A DNA stretch of 64,000 nucleotides from the human T2T-CHM13v2.0 reference genome, Homo sapiens. Within the stretch, counting starts at the first letter, position 1, and each line of letters opens with the position of its first letter. The position numbers and the translations under genes were made by a program. The notes below the pieces were generated by a model. It was not told the DNA's origin. It ran no database searches and saw nothing but the letters and a program-made list of their open reading frames with translations. Of this stretch, positions 23,005 to 38,380 are shown in pieces. Location of the stretch: the NCBI RefSeq assembly GCF_009914755.1, contig NC_060936.1. One strand, written 5' to 3'.

Positions 23005-26000
23005 GTTATAGAACACGGTGGTGAATCAAGTATTCCTATTGTATGCCCTTGTTCATTGCTGTCTAATCCTTAAGAAAATACACATCAGAAGAAGCCATTC
23101 TTTAAAAATTAAGGTTAAATTTGGATATGCATTTTTCTATAGGTATAATTGTTCTGTGCTCTTGAGTCATCAGAAGTGTTAGGACTGGACCTTGTAACTT
23201 GGAAGAATGGTGTGAGTGTGATGATAAATTAGTTGTGCTTTGATGGTTGGCAGTTGTAAGTTTTTCAGATGCAATAGTCTAATGGAGTGTTAAAATTCGT
23301 GACTTCTATCTTGTAGCTACATAGGTGAATATAGTATGATTATTTGCCCATATGATTTTATTGATAGCATGCTCAATATGATGTCTAGATAGTATATATT
23401 GATAAAATATTGAGGGCCTGTAACTGTGAATTATACTTTGCTACAATTTGAAAAGTGTATTTTACACTGATTTCTTAGCAGAACTACATATGCCATCACA
23501 TATTCTTAGAATGTGAAATCTTAAGAGCAGCAAACTTTGTTTTTATGTATCCTAGAAATTATGAGACACATAAATAGGAGCACTGAACTTATTTGTTGTA
23601 TGCACAGCCTGTTCAAGTGATTCATTGTGAAGTTACACTATAAATTGTGGCTTTTCTGATATATTTTCTATCTAACTACTGTAACTCACTGGTGTGTGAA
23701 GGGGGAGGAAAGCTGGGGAGCCAAGTGTAAACTGTAGGATGATGATAATTTGTTTATTTCCGCTACTACATTTCAGATGCAAAGATTCATGTTTAAAACA
23801 TTGCTTAAACTAGACCTGTGGATTCTGCTGCCCTCCAGGAACTTTTGTGAAATCCAGTTCTGTAAGGAGAGGCCAGTGCCAGAAGTGAAGGGAGAAGCAC
23901 TCAAGGGAGATGGCTGTTATTCCTGACTTGCTTAACTAAATCATTATTGCTGTGGTACTTCTCAAGGTTATCATTTCTTTTAAATATAGTGATCGTTTAC
24001 TTTATAAACTATATATAATTTCTTTCCATGTTTGATGTAGCTTGGTTGAAATTAAATGGTAACATGAAACTTTCTTATAGCACAATCAATTTCTCTATGG
24101 TAAAATTTAATATTTTACAAGTGTTTCTGTGCTAAATTTAAGAATATGCCTCTGATGTGATGAAACAAACAGTGGAGGAGAAGAATTCACAGTATCTGAT
24201 GAAAAAGGGTATGTGGTTTCAGCTTCATCCTCCCTCCCCTTGCTTTCAATCTAGTATTGAATCTTAAGTTGTGGTTAGAGGAAAATTGAAATTAACAATA
24301 TGCAGTCTTTGCCAAATTTTAAGTTATGTTGTATGTGATTCCTTAAAGGATTTTCTCTTATTTTCTGGAGAAATTTGGTGTTTAGGTCAGTGGTAAAACT
24401 TCTCTGACCCAAAACTCTCTGCATTCTTACGCATTTGTTGAGGATGACATGGCATCACTTTTTTCTTATCCTTTTTAATAATACTGTTATGAGTTTCTTA
24501 TGGAGATAACACCATGAGAGGAGTCAGTTTACTTCAAAGCAGACAAAGGTAAACAAACCATAACTGTTCTAAACTTTAGAAGTCTGATTTCACTTAGCAC
24601 ATATCTTCTAATTGGTGACATGCCCTTTTTATACATCGACAAGTAAATAAGATAATGCAACTTTTACATGCTTTAAATTCTCATATGAGTAAAATAATTT
24701 ATTAGTTTGCAAAGACAATTTGCAGGTTTGGAAGTAGAAAATATATTTGCGACTCCTCTGAAAATTTATTTTCTTATTGCCCATTTTGCATTTGTTAAAC
24801 TCAACCAGAATCATTAATGTTACCTGTAGATCTCTTAGCTATTCCACTGTGCAGTAATTTTTTGAAACTTGGAGAAACAACTACACAGCAGAAGTTTCTA
24901 CTATGGAATTAAAATTACATCAAGCTCTTAATAATTCACTCCTAGTTAGCTTTTCATTTGGGTATAAATGGAAATCTCAGTTTTTATAAACACATGAGTT
25001 AATTTTTTCTTTATAATGATTTTAATATTATTTAAAATGAAGGAATGGAATTTAAGTATATTAACAATTTTTTTAAAACCTGCATTCTTTCTAAAGATAT
25101 TGAACTATTATTTCTGCTTGATCTTTTAATGTTATTGTTAGTTTGGGTTTTTTGACCTGGTATGATAGGAATCCCTCGTGAAATAATCACTCTGTTAACT
25201 TATCTTTAAAAAGTTCTCTCTAATAGACTTGTCTTTGACCAATCTGAGATTGTTATCTTAAGATTCCAGCATGTGTAACTACTGAAGGCAGGCCTGGTAT
25301 TTAGTAAAAAGCATGTTTAGAAAGAATTACTATATAATTAAGTAAGGGAGAAGCTCTCTTTGTATCAGTGGTTGTCTTATCAAGTGATTATTATAAGAAG
25401 CCACTGTATACAGAAGTATGGTCTTACTCTTCAGTTTCCTTCCCAGTTTTCACTGGAATACAAGTTAGAGTTTATAAATTATTTTAGGTGGCATTTTATT
25501 TTCTAACTACATTTTGATTGTTTAAACAAACCTATTTGGAAAAAGTTCATTTTGCTGTTTTGAATAAGTATATCTCATCAATAAATTAAAATTAGGTGAA
25601 GTCAGTATGAACCGCTTTACCTCCATTGAGCCTGTCACATGATGTTTATCATAGTAATTGACCCACATACATGCATTGAATGGACATGTGCAAATGCCAC
25701 AGGGAAAATTGCCATCTGTCTCTTAGTTGTTTTCATACACACATACACACACACATACATGCACGATTATTACATTTACATTGGTGATTCTATGGGCTTT
25801 TGTTTTGTCATCTGCACTTAGTTCTTCAGTGCTAATGTGCCCCTGTTGTTAATACTGAATTCTCTTCTGCTATAATTTTGAAATAGCAACAACCTTTTGC
25901 ATTCCAGCATGCATTAGGAACATAGTTTGTCTTTCTAACAGTTTTGTTGCTGCTCAGCACACTAAAAGCACTTTTCAAAAAAATGCCTCTGGTGGTACAA

Positions 26001-27216
26001 CTGTCTTTCGTAGGCTAAAGGTGCGTTGTCTCTAAAGCAGGAACCTTTGTAATATTAGGAAAGGATGACGTTTACCCTTAAGGCTCTTTGAAAAATCTGT
26101 GGCTGACAAACCTACTTTCTTATAACTTTATTATACTCATCTGAAGTGCTTTTAACACAGCAACTTTCATCTGTTAACCTTTCTGGTTCTCTCTTAGGAG
26201 CAGAGTATTGTATCAGCTTTGGATACTTATTTTAATGGCTTCACAAAAGTGACAAGTGTGGCAGCCTCCAAGGAAAGGAACGGTGGGTTATTGAATGTAA
26301 AGACCTCTCCTCTATAAATAGCTGTCCTCATTTAGGAGCTCAGTTTTTTAAAAAAGTGGAGGGATATTTCAGCAGGACTGCATACCTTCTTTTTTTCATT
26401 GGGTGAAAAAGGCATAATATTTTGAATAATTGCTGGTGTAATTACATACAGTGCTAAATGTTTCTTTGAAGATATGATTTGTATGTGCTTTTGAGGAATA
26501 AACTTACATTCAATAATTCACAAATTATGAATATTACTACATATGAGCTTCTTTGTATATGTAGTGCATAGTACAACTACAGCACTGCTTACCTTGTTAA
26601 CAAGCATCCCACAAAACATTGTGCATTCTTACCTGTACTTTAGCAGGTACTGTAAAGGGTTTGAATCTGAGAGTCTAATGATAGATCTATACAAATGCTG
26701 ATAGGTTGACCTCTGGCAGGTGGAATTCCACTTGAATTTATCACTTGATTGTTACCTTTTAATTATTTTACTCATGTTTATTTTTATTGATACTCATATT
26801 TAAAAACTTTCATTGGGAGTCTGTTAGCTTCTTTTCCAAAACACTCACTCCTAAGATTCATGATTGGTACTTTGGCCTGGCCTTATTTTGGGTCTGTACT
26901 TACTGGTGCTTCATTCATACATGCAGAAGCTTTGGAATGCCTCTTCCAAATGTCTCTTTCCTACTTGTTCAGGACAGTCGTTTTTCTTGGATGTCTGAAC
27001 TCTTTGAGTTGACTAGATTTGCCTCAACTTGTCATAGGGATTCAAGATTTTTGCCTCAGGTTTTTGGCCGTATTTTCAAGACAGTTAGGTCCAAAAAGAT
27101 GCAGCTCTTCTAAATTTCTGTCTCACCCTCTTCCTCTCTTTTTCTCCTCTGTGTTTACCTTTCCAGTTATATTTGTCAGTTGTTTTGATACTCAAGGTTT
27201 CTAGAATAAAAGGTGT

Positions 27217-27520
27217 GGCCGGGCGCGGTGGCTCACGCCTGTAATCCTAGCACTTTGGGAGGCCGAGGCGGGTGGATCACGAGTTCAGGAGTTGGAGACC
27301 AGCCTGGCCAACGTGGTGAAACCTCGTCTCTACTAAAAATATAAAAATTAGCCAGGCATGGTGGCGGGTGCCTGTAACCCCCGCTACTCAGGAGGCTGAA
27401 GCAGGAAAATCTCTTGAAACTGGAAGGCGGAGGATGCAGTGAGCCAAGATCGCGCCACCATACTCCAGCCTGGTCAACAAGAGTGAAACTCCATCTCAAA
27501 AAAAAAAAAAAAAAAAAAAA
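27217..27520 (+). mobile_element. AluSg-like
   Basis: Full-length; ggatcacgag (lacks CT); TSD AAAAGGTGT. Confidence 0.95.
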
Positions 27521-30500
27521 GGTGTAAATGTTTGCTTCAGTCTTTTAGAAGCATTTTGGGATTGGTTTTTTGGGTTTATAACTTTGACTTTTTTTTAATA
27601 CAGGTAAATGGGAAACAATTAAGTAAACCTATCTGTGTAAACCTGAGAATTTTGAAAAAGGCAGGAGGACTGAAATGATTGTTTTCAAGATTCCACATTA
27701 AAAGTTGATAGCATTTTTTAGAGTAGTTTATTTTATTTAAGGACATTTCATAAGTTCCATTAATTTGAAAAGCTAGAGATAATTATTTTAAAGATGAGAT
27801 AGAGAGGTTTTGATTTATTCATGTCTAAAAAAATTATATGGAAAAAAGGTGAGAATTGAAAATATGAACCCTGGATTTAGATTCCATTTTATTGTGGAAT
27901 TAAATGGAATTAAAGATATATTTACTTTTCTTGAAGGTTATTCCTGTACCACATTGCTTGAGGGCAGTGCCACTGTATCCGTTTTAGAAGTACCTTAGTA
28001 TTTGGCAGAGGATATGCTATTTGCTTATGATGATTCGATAAAGCTTTTGTTTCTTAATTTCTTTGCCGGGGCATTTTGTGATGTTGCAGTGAGACATGGT
28101 ATGAAGTGTGGCACAGCATGTAGTTATAGTCAAGATGACTGGCTAAATTACATGATTTCTGAAATGAAACACACATTAGTGCCCTTGGAATAGCAGCTGT
28201 GTGCTAGGTATTATCAAATAAAATGTTTCTGTGAGGTCTTTGTCTTTGATGATTAATCATCATTTTTGTGAAATTTATTATAAAAGTATAATTATTCCAC
28301 AGGAGATTTAAGTTAAAAAAAAAACTGGTTCACTATAGCCATGTGATCATAATTTGTTTAATTAGGAAACGGTATAAAAAATTGCCTTGCGGTAACGGAA
28401 TTGATTGAGATTTGAAACCGAAAAATTCACGACTTTTGATAATGAAAGTGCCTTTTTCCTAATTGTGATTCCAGAGATTATTGATTTCCTTAGAAGTAGA
28501 AAATTTTGACTGTACCAGCCTAGGAATTCTCACTTGACATCATTTAGAAGTATTTTAACTTCAAAGGATGTGTTATTTGCTGAAGAGTGGCCACTGGGAC
28601 GCAATATGGCTCTTGACATTTTGAACAGTGTTAAATGATGGGACTGAAGTATTTCAAACAGCCATGTTTCAACATTGTTTAAAAATCCGGTGGGAAGAAT
28701 GGCAGTCCATATAACCCTGCATACTTGGAATTCTTTGGTTATTAATTTGAAGTGCAGTTCATAAGTTTATTTCTTACCTAATAAGTTTTTAAGGTGAATA
28801 ATGCTCATAAAATTTTTACAGCTGTGTCTTATGAAATTCTGTTTCCTTTTTTTGGTTGCTTATATGTATTCTATAAAGACACTGAAAGGATGCAAACTAT
28901 TCTCTTGCTTTTTTTGTTTTTATGTTAATCTGTTAGGTCATAGATCTGTGTTAAGATCATTGTTATAAAGCATATTGTTATTGAGTTCTATTGTAAACCC
29001 AAAATTACAAAACTGGTCTTTGAGAGAGGTAGATAAGTCAAAATACTTTGTGAAAAGTAAACATCTTGTTTTTGTTAATTTCCAATTTGTTCCACAATGA
29101 AAGCATGTCTGCTCAGTTTTCTTTTCTGTTAGTTGTGTCTCTTGGATTAAATGTGAGTAAATAAACTCTGGAGTAAGGCTGCTCCAGAGGGAACTCAAGG
29201 ACTTACTGGTTGTCAGTGCATGTAGAAGTGACATCCCTGCAAATTGTGTCCTCTGCGGGGGGTGCTTTAGGTGGTGGCTATAGAGATTACATTCATAGGC
29301 TTGACTGCTTTTCTGTTTGGGGAGGACACTTGTCATTACAGAACCATTCCGAAGAAGGGGTTCTCAAAGTGGGGCTGGCAGCTGAAATTAGCCTATAGTG
29401 GTTCCTCTGGGACATTTCTCATGGTTTTGTAAATTGGTTTTTGGCTACTTCTGCATTCCTATCTTCAGCTTTAAGAAACTAGGCCTGTTGCCTTCAGTTG
29501 TAAAATGTCTCAAGGTAAAATAGTTGGGTTCAAATGTTTTTTCAAGTATATTTCCTTTAGAACAAGTTCCTCCTCTCCTGCCCCAAATAATTAACTATAC
29601 AACTGTTCTCCCAAAGCAATGGAAAAGATCTCATTTTGACAAAGCAAGCTGTTTATGACAAATTTTCCAACTAGAAATTTGCAGAAGAAAAGTTCTCAAA
29701 TGATGAAGAAGCTTAATCAGGCAAAAAGACATTTTTATTTGCAGAAATAGGCCCTTTAGAGGGAGGCAATTATTTATAGCTGATAGGAAAAACTGGTATA
29801 CCTGAATTCGTTTGGTAAACTTCATTTAAAATAGGAAGGTTATTCTTGTTATTCTAGTGAAAGAAAAAAAATATGGTACTGAATTATGTTACAGATTTAT
29901 ATTAAAGAAACAAAGTTTTATACATTAAACCACTCTTACAGGGATATATACTGATTTAACTAAAGAAAATGAATTTGAGATTTAATAAAAATCTTTTAAA
30001 GATACCAGTGTGCAGCTTGAAATCAACTATAGTGTACCATGAATATCTATTTGAAATACCCAGTTGAAATGACCACATTAAGATTGCTTCCTTTCACCTC
30101 TCTATTTAAGTTTAAATTTACTTTTTTTCTTTTATAAACAGTGGTGTTTTTTGGCTTTTGTTCCATATTGAACAGAGGATGAAATCAGTATTTCAAAACC
30201 TCTTGTATGTCATCAGGATAAATAGTGTAGTATTTCTAGGAGGGAATTATTGGTTGGCCACTTTTCAATACACTCCTGGCATGATGTTGAGGATGCCTGT
30301 GGCTGGCAAGGAGTTTTAGACCTGGCCCTCTGATAACTTGCCTCCCTGCTTTCATATGGACAATTGACTTTTTAAAAGTCTTTTTAAGTGCAGTTCAAAT
30401 TCAAATTCCCAGTTTTTTGGAGCTAGAAGCATCTCCCTAAAGGGATGCTGAGATGGCTTCTTGCCAGCTCTCTTTCTACATACATACATACGTATATATA

Positions 30501-30591
30501 TATATATATATGTTTCTATTAATAGATCAGTGCTACCCTAACTTCAACCTCTGTGGGAAACACATATGGACTTGTTAAAAATGCAGATTTT

Positions 30592-30893
30592 GGCCGGGCG
30601 CAGTGGCTCATGCCTGTAATCCCAGTACTTTGGGAGGCCGAAGGAGGTGGATCATGAGGTCAGGAGATTGAGACCATCCTGGTCAACATGGTGAAACCCC
30701 GTCTCTACTAAAATACAAAAAATTAACTGGGCATGGTGATGCATCCCTGTAATCCCAGCTACTCAGGAGGCTGAGGCAGGGGAATTGCTTGAACCTGGTG
30801 AGCAGAGAATGCAGTAGGCCAAGATCACGCCACTGCACTCCAGCCTGGTGACAGCCTGTCTCAAAAAAAAAAAAAAAAAAAAGGAAAAAAAAA
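30592..30893 (+). mobile_element. AluSc-like, inserted in a MER5A-like remnant (~30528-30975)
   Basis: gagattgagaccatcctgg.caacatgg; TSD-like aatgcag(a/g)ttt. Flanks read cttgttaaaaatgcagatt and gatgctg..gaccacactt. Confidence 0.9.
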
Positions 30894-32062
30894 CAATGCA
30901 GGTTTTGCATTACTGTTATTCCCACGTACAGCAGATGCTGCAGATTCACTGACCACACTTAGGGTAATAAGGCTGTAGTTCATTTAAATGTATTACAGAT
31001 AAGCTATCTAAATTCCTGGATTAAAAATGGTTGAGTATAAGGTGTGCTTGTTATGGATATGACTTTAGACAGTTTATTTAATCTGTGTTTTATTTTTCTT
31101 ATTTGTTCAACAACGGCATCTTTAAGTTGATCCTATGAGTTTGAGGTATTCAGATTTTGAAAAGATAGCTTGTTGAAATCCTAGGCGATGATCTCTATTT
31201 AAATAATCTGTCACCATCATATAAAACAATGTCATCTTCTTTGTAAGATGACTGTGGGGGCAGATATTGGATTCTCATTTTGACAAATAAACTGATACGC
31301 AGTTGCCTAGGGCTTATGCTCAAGTAGGTGCTGATGCCTAAATGGAGTCTCTAGAGTCAAGTGTCTTTATTGGTTTGTGCTTTTGTTGAACAACCCATTT
31401 TGAGGAAATTTGGTTTGCATTGCATGAAGACTTTATAGATTTCAGGCAAGCAGCAAAAATGAGAGTTTAGGTAGCTGAAAGTAGGAAGATAAAAATTTGT
31501 TATTGATTATTATTAGTGACATTCAGGCACCAAGTGATGCTCTTCAGTGAAGGTATCTAAGTAAGGTTAGAAATGCTTCGGCCTGTATGACTTTTTAACC
31601 TGGTACACTTAAACCTTAGCTTTAAGGCACCTTGGGGGGTTTCTGAATAGGTGAATGCACTATATCTGAAGTTTTAAAGTCCTAGTTAATAAAAACCTTT
31701 TTAAGGAACTTGTTGTAAAATGAGTTATACTTTTTCCTTTCTTTTTAAAATACTGTATGTACTGTGTAGTAGAGGCAGGGTTGTGAACGAATGCTGGACC
31801 AAGATAAAAGATTACAGTTTTAGTCTTGGAATACCACTGTACTAGCTAAGTACTTGAGCTGCTCAGCTCTCATGAACTCAGTATTTTAATTGGTCAGGAA
31901 ACAAAAATAATAATAGTAACTGCCAACCACAGAGTGAGACTCAAATGAAATAATATGATGAACGTTCTCTGTGGTTTTAAAAAGCTGCATGGTTATATAC
32001 TTAGCTGTAGAGTGGTTGGACCAGGGGGCTGAATGACTTGGTTGATCACTGTACATTAAGTA

Positions 32063-32601
32063 CAGCTGTCCCCGCTTATCCTTGGAAGATTTATTCCAAA
32101 ACCCCCAGTGTATGCCTGAAACTGAGGACAGTACCAAACCCTGTATATAGTATAGTATGTTTTCCTCCATACATACATACCTGTGATAAAGTTTAATTTA
32201 TAATATAAAGTAGGCACAGTAAGAGATTAATAATAATAACTAATAACAAAATAGAACAGTTATAATATACAAGCACCACTACTCTTGTGCTTGGAGTCCA
32301 TATTAAATAAAATAAAAGTCACTTGAACACAAACACTGTGATACCTCGTCAATTGATCTGATTAACCGAGAGCTATTAAGTGATGAATGAGCGGGTAGTG
32401 TAGACTGTTGGATTCGCTGGACCAAAGGATGATTCACATCCAGGGTGGGATAGGGCAGGATGGCATGCAGTTTCATCATGCTACTCAGAACAATGTGCCC
32501 TTTACAACTTATGAATTGTTTATTCCTGGAATTTTCCTTTTAATATTTTTGGACCATAGTTGACCATGGGTAACTGAAACCATGGATAAGGGGGTCTACT
32601 G
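32063..32601 (-). mobile_element. MER44 (Tigger7-derived) TcMar element
   Basis: TA flanks; TIRs cagctgtccccgcttatcc / ggataagggggtctactg; internal acttgaacacaa.cactg and ttcatca.gctactcagaac. Confidence 0.85.
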
Positions 32602-33348
32602 TATCTCACTCTCATCTCCCGTGAGAACAGAGCCATGCCCTACTTTGATGCTGTTGCTGACTTTTTCACTTGGAGTCTGTGGTTGAGCCCCTGCTATCTG
32701 AACTACTATTGCATGGCCTGCTCCATCCCCCATACACCGTTTCTGCTTTTACTCTCTATCCACTCTTGTGGCCAGCAGTTTCCAGTCTCATTACAAAAGC
32801 AGTTTTTGTTCTCTTCTGTTTCTTTTCTGTTGCTTTTCCTATGTTTCTAGTCATTGTACACGAAGGCTTATTTTGAATAGGCATTCTGGCCAACCTGAGT
32901 ACTTCTTTCCTTCTGCGGAGTAAACCGACCAATTACAGTGCATCTGGTATAAATAGTCTTTGGTACTTTGGTTCTGCTTGGCAGAGCATATTGTTACTGG
33001 GTACTCATGGTCTCTCTCTTCATTGACGACCCTTTTTCTTTTTGGAATACGCTCATATTCAGAGTAGTTCTGGCAGTGTGGCGATTAGGAAAGCTGTTTG
33101 TCAGATGAGCTGCAGTTTTCCTGCACCGACGTGTTTGTGTCAATCAGTTTTGTATATCAAGAATTTGCAGTGAGTTTTGTTTAACACAGGTGCAGGGTGG
33201 CAACGTGTAATAAATTAGCCTGGTGGTACATTTTGGGTAACAATTATAAAAAATGTCTTTCAGAGTTTTTCAAACAACAAGGAGGCAAAGAGTAAAGATC
33301 ACAGAATTTTGGAATCAGAGGTCCAGTGATCTAATCCCAGAACTATTA

Positions 33349-33672
33349 TAGCCAGCCCTCCACATACCTGGGTTCTGCATCCATGGATTCAACCAACCAT
33401 GGAATGACAATATTTGAAAAACAAAGATTGTGTCTGTACTGAACATGTACAGATTTTTTATTGTCATAATTTTCTAAATATAGGATGACTATATTTATAT
33501 AGTACTTGTATTAGGTATTGTAATCTAGAAATGATTTAAAGTATATGGGAGGATGTGCATAGGTTATATGAAAATGTGATGCCATTTTATATAAGGTCCT
33601 TGAGCATTGTGGATTTTGGTATCTGAGAGAGGTCCTAGAACCAAGCTCCCCACTGATACCAAGGGGTGACTG
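33349..33672. mobile_element. MER2 (TcMar-Tigger) splitting a MIR (~33290-33850)
   Basis: TA flanks; ggattcaaccaacc..gtctgtactgaacatgtacaga..ggattttggtatc..gatacc.aggg.gactg; MIR halves on both sides. Confidence 0.85.
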
Positions 33673-34297
33673 TACGTGCTAATGGTGTTATTTTGATTGT
33701 GTTACTTAAACTCCTTTATCCTCTGTTCTCTCTTATATAGAATAAGAATAGCAATACCTACTTAATAGAGTTGTTGGGAGAATTTAATGAGATAAGTTAT
33801 GTAAAGTACTTGGAACCATACTAGTGTCTAGGATACTTACTAAATATTTCTTTTAAATTATTCATTAATGGTATTGTTGAATAGTTTAAAAATCACTATG
33901 TAATAACATCTGAAACTATTATAGGGCATTTAAAGATTTTTCATAAAAGCCAATATCCAAAATTTAAACTTACTTTTGATAATAACTTAGTATTTTAGGT
34001 AGATTTAGGGTAACTGAAAAGATTTCAGTGAACTATAATAATTAGGTAATGATTTTGTAATTGAAATTTTATCCTGAATTTTAAGTTTGGAGAAGTGATG
34101 TTGAGATTTTACCATTATACACACACACAGGCACCCATACAAGCATGCATGTACATATATGCAAATTTTGCCAATAAAGTATTTGCAGTGTATAGTTAAT
34201 GAAATGTACATATGAAAAACATTGTTAGATGACTTCCAAATTCTTTACCATGATTGACTTTATGCTTTTAAATTAGATGATATAGTATCTAGGAGTA

Positions 34298-34661
34298 TGT
34301 ATTAGTCCATTTTCATGGTGCTATACAGAAATACCTGAAACTGAGTATCTTATAAAGAAAAAGAGGTTTAATGGACTCACAGTTCAACATGGCTGGGGAG
34401 GCCTCACAATCATGGCAGAAGGTGAAGGAGGAGCAAAGGCACGGCTTACATGGAGGCAGGCAAGAGAGTATGTGCAGGGGAGCTACCCTTTATAAAACCA
34501 TCAGATCTCGTGAGACTTTTTCACTATCATGAGAACAGCATGGGAAAAACCTGCCCCCATGATTCAATTACTTCCCACCAGGTATCTCCCATGATAAGTG
34601 GGGATTATGGGAGCTACAATTCAAGATGAAATTTGGGTGGGGACACAGTCATACCATATGA
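34298..34661 (-). mobile_element. THE1 (THE1C-like) solo LTR
   Basis: tgtattagtccattttca..ggggacacag..ccatat; 5-bp TSD GAGTA. Confidence 0.92.
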
Positions 34662-34918
34662 GAGTATATGCAAAGTTATGATTTTTTACCGTATTGTAAG
34701 AATGATTCTATTCTACAGTATATATCTTAGGTAATGACATATCTTAAAAAATGAAAATACAGACTTAGTTTACAGACTTGGTTTGTATTGGAAAAGATTG
34801 TGTTAAATTGATAGCCCGAATCTCAGGAATACTTTTATGTACTGTTTGTTTTACAGTAAGCAGCACTGAATATAAAAGCTCTGTTTGAATCCTTTTCTGG
34901 GAAGCTTGTTCTCACTCA

Positions 34919-35314
<396 letters not shown>

Positions 35315-36173
35315 TTAATCTCTCTCCTAATTAAAACATCTTTTACATATTTAACATTTTTCTAGGGATTCCCTGTATAAAGAAAATATGTATTAACTTA
35401 AAATGTTAACAATTTTTTCTTTCCTCTTCACCCCCATTTCCTTGAAAGAGAAAGATTTTTAACTCCCCAAAAAAACCTAAACATGCTGAAGGTGATCTAC
35501 TACCGGAGGCAATAAGGCTTTCTCTTTAAAGTCAATGTGTTTCTGATTTCCCCTGCCCCCACCCCAGTCCCTTCTAGATTAAAACAGGTCACAGTTTTAT
35601 AACGATGGGGTTGGTTATATTTGCTTAAGAAATATAGTTGAAATTGGCCATTTTGGAGTAATTAATAACGTTTGGAGTAAAACATTAGTGATATTGCCAC
35701 ACTTACAGTGGAAAATGAGCAAGTTAATACAATAAACCATATCAACCAAAGATATTTTACCTCAGCCACTATCATTATTCATTTCTTGTATGTTACCTTA
35801 TTCTCACTTGGAATGTTTACTCTGTTCCTACTGATAACTAAAGTCTAACAGCAAGTGGAAAGCTCCTAAAAAGAACACTTTTGGTTCTTGTTGGATAGCA
35901 GCCTAGTTTTCTCTAATCCACATCTGTTCTTTGGCATATTTTTAGACTGTTCAGGTGAAAATTTACCCCGTATCTTAATAAAACAAATTCTGTTACTGAT
36001 GGGTTAAAAAAAATCGGTCATACTATTTTTAAGTTGTTAATGGGAAAACAAGTCAATTTTGCAGGATGGCTCTCAAGTCTATGGAATTAATTTACATTGG
36101 TGCAAGAAACCAACTGTTCAAGACTTTATTAAACATGCTTTCACCAGATGACTTTTAGAACTAAACAGAAGAA

Positions 36174-36742
36174 GCCAGGTGTGGTGGCTCACACATGTAA
36201 TCTCATCACTTCAAGAGGCTAAGAGGGCAGGATTGCTTAAGCCCAGCAGTTTGAGACTGGCCTGGGCAACATAGCGAGATTCCATCTCTACAAAAAATAA
36301 AATAGCTGAGGCAGGAGGATCACTTGAACCTAGGAGTTCAAGACTAGCCTGGGCAACACAGGGAGACCCTGTCTCTATAAAAAATAAAAATTAGTTGGGC
36401 AGGGTGGTGCACACCTGTGGTACCAGATACTCAGGAGGCTGAGATTGGAGGATCACTTGGGCCTGGGGGATCGAGGCTGCAGTGAGCTGTGATTGTGCCA
36501 CTGCACTTCAGCCTGGGTGACAGAGTGAGATTCTGTCTCAAAATAAATAAATAAATAAAATAAAATAAATAATAATTAGCTGGGCTTGGTGGCAGGTGCC
36601 TGTAGTCCTGGCTACTTTGGAGGCTGAGTGGGAGGATCACTTGATCCCAGGAGTTTGAGGTTACAGTGATAGTGAGCAATGATCATACCACTGCACTCCA
36701 GTCTGGGCCAACAGAGTGAGGTCCTGTCTCCAGAAAAGAAAA
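36174..36742 (+). mobile_element. AluJ with a 5'-truncated AluJ nested in its central linker
   Basis: Left arm 36174-36302, inner Alu ~36305-36572 with a (TAAA)n tail, right arm ~36575-36740. Outer TSD-like agaactaa(a)ca.aaga. Confidence 0.85.
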
Positions 36743-37004
36743 GAACTAACAAAAGACTAGTAATTGGGTTTTTCCACTTTGGAGTTGGATGGGAAGGTGT
36801 AGTTATCTATTATGAGGGGAGAAGTTTAAGTATGACCTCCCTATAAATTAACTTTGGTGATATTGAGAGAAGTGGACTTGGAGAGGATTTTGCCTCTTCC
36901 TTGCTGATGATACAGTGCTTTCCTTTTATGATATAGAGGAGGGATGATTCTAGGGAAAATTGGATAAACTTTTTCTTTGTGGGGAGAAAAAAGATGCACT
37001 GTAA

Positions 37005-37313
<309 letters not shown>

Positions 37314-38380
37314 AAAGATAGATAGTTTCAATGAGTATCTTTGTGAATTGGAACCAGAGCATCAAATAAGCTTTTGAGGTGACATCAAGACATGTTAGAA
37401 TGGAAGTTCTCCAGATTCAACTGTCTATAGAAGTAGCTCTGTGGTATTTAGCCTCTAGGATATATTTTGATTATGTGCTGAATTTTTGGCATGTGTTATA
37501 AAACAGTGGCTTGTTTGTATTTTTTAAAATGCTATAATCATAGTAAATACCTTTATGCTTATCTTTATGTACTTAGAATTTGAGTTCTGATAATTTATTT
37601 TTTTATGGGAGGTGGGGAGGTTTATTTTTTAAATTGCAGTCCAAAGGAGTAAATTTGATGTTACATTGGACAGTTTATTCAGATACCACAAACTTTACAG
37701 ATTTAATTAGATAGATAATGGATGATGTTAAAAACTAAGCAGCATCTTAAGTTTAAATTTTTATTTTTATTTCTTTTTCTGTCATCATTATTTATGAAAA
37801 CTGGTTGAAAATGAAGTTAAAAGATTTTCTGTACATCATAAGATTGGACAGAAATATTATTTACCTTAAAACTTTTTCTGAGTAAAAATTTAAATATAAA
37901 CTAGAACTCAGCCTGAATTTTTTTTTAAACCATCTTTGGAAGCACATATAAAAGTAGAGTAAATACATCGAATGTAGCTTACCTACTGCATTTGAAGAAA
38001 ATCTTTTGTGTATGTCTGTAAGCTATTTGTGTGTTTTGAAACAGTTTACCAGAATAGACTGAAACTGGTAGAAACAGGCATAAGTAACTCTGCAGTGGTA
38101 GTTGTATTGAAAACTGGAATGGTAGTCTCTTTCAAAATCTTGAAGAGATGGAAACTAATGAATCTTTTTTTTTTTTGGTAAAATAGTATTTTTTTTTGTT
38201 CACTTAAATGAAATTATTTGTACTTTAAGTTTTGTTCCAGGAAATTACTTCAGTTGTAGCTAATTTATTGGCACCCTTTACTAACAAATTTCTGTTCTGT
38301 ATTAAGATTAGTATTAGAAAAAAAAGGAGATGTATGGAAATTAAGAAAGCAACAAAAATTATAAGAATAATTGCCCTTAT

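Noticed and set aside
23750-23813. Possible poison-exon acceptor (tttcag|A at 23776) giving a stop at 23811 if joined to exon 1
   Set aside because: Interrupted pyrimidine tract and no convincing donor. Such sites are common in long introns, so RNA evidence would be needed.
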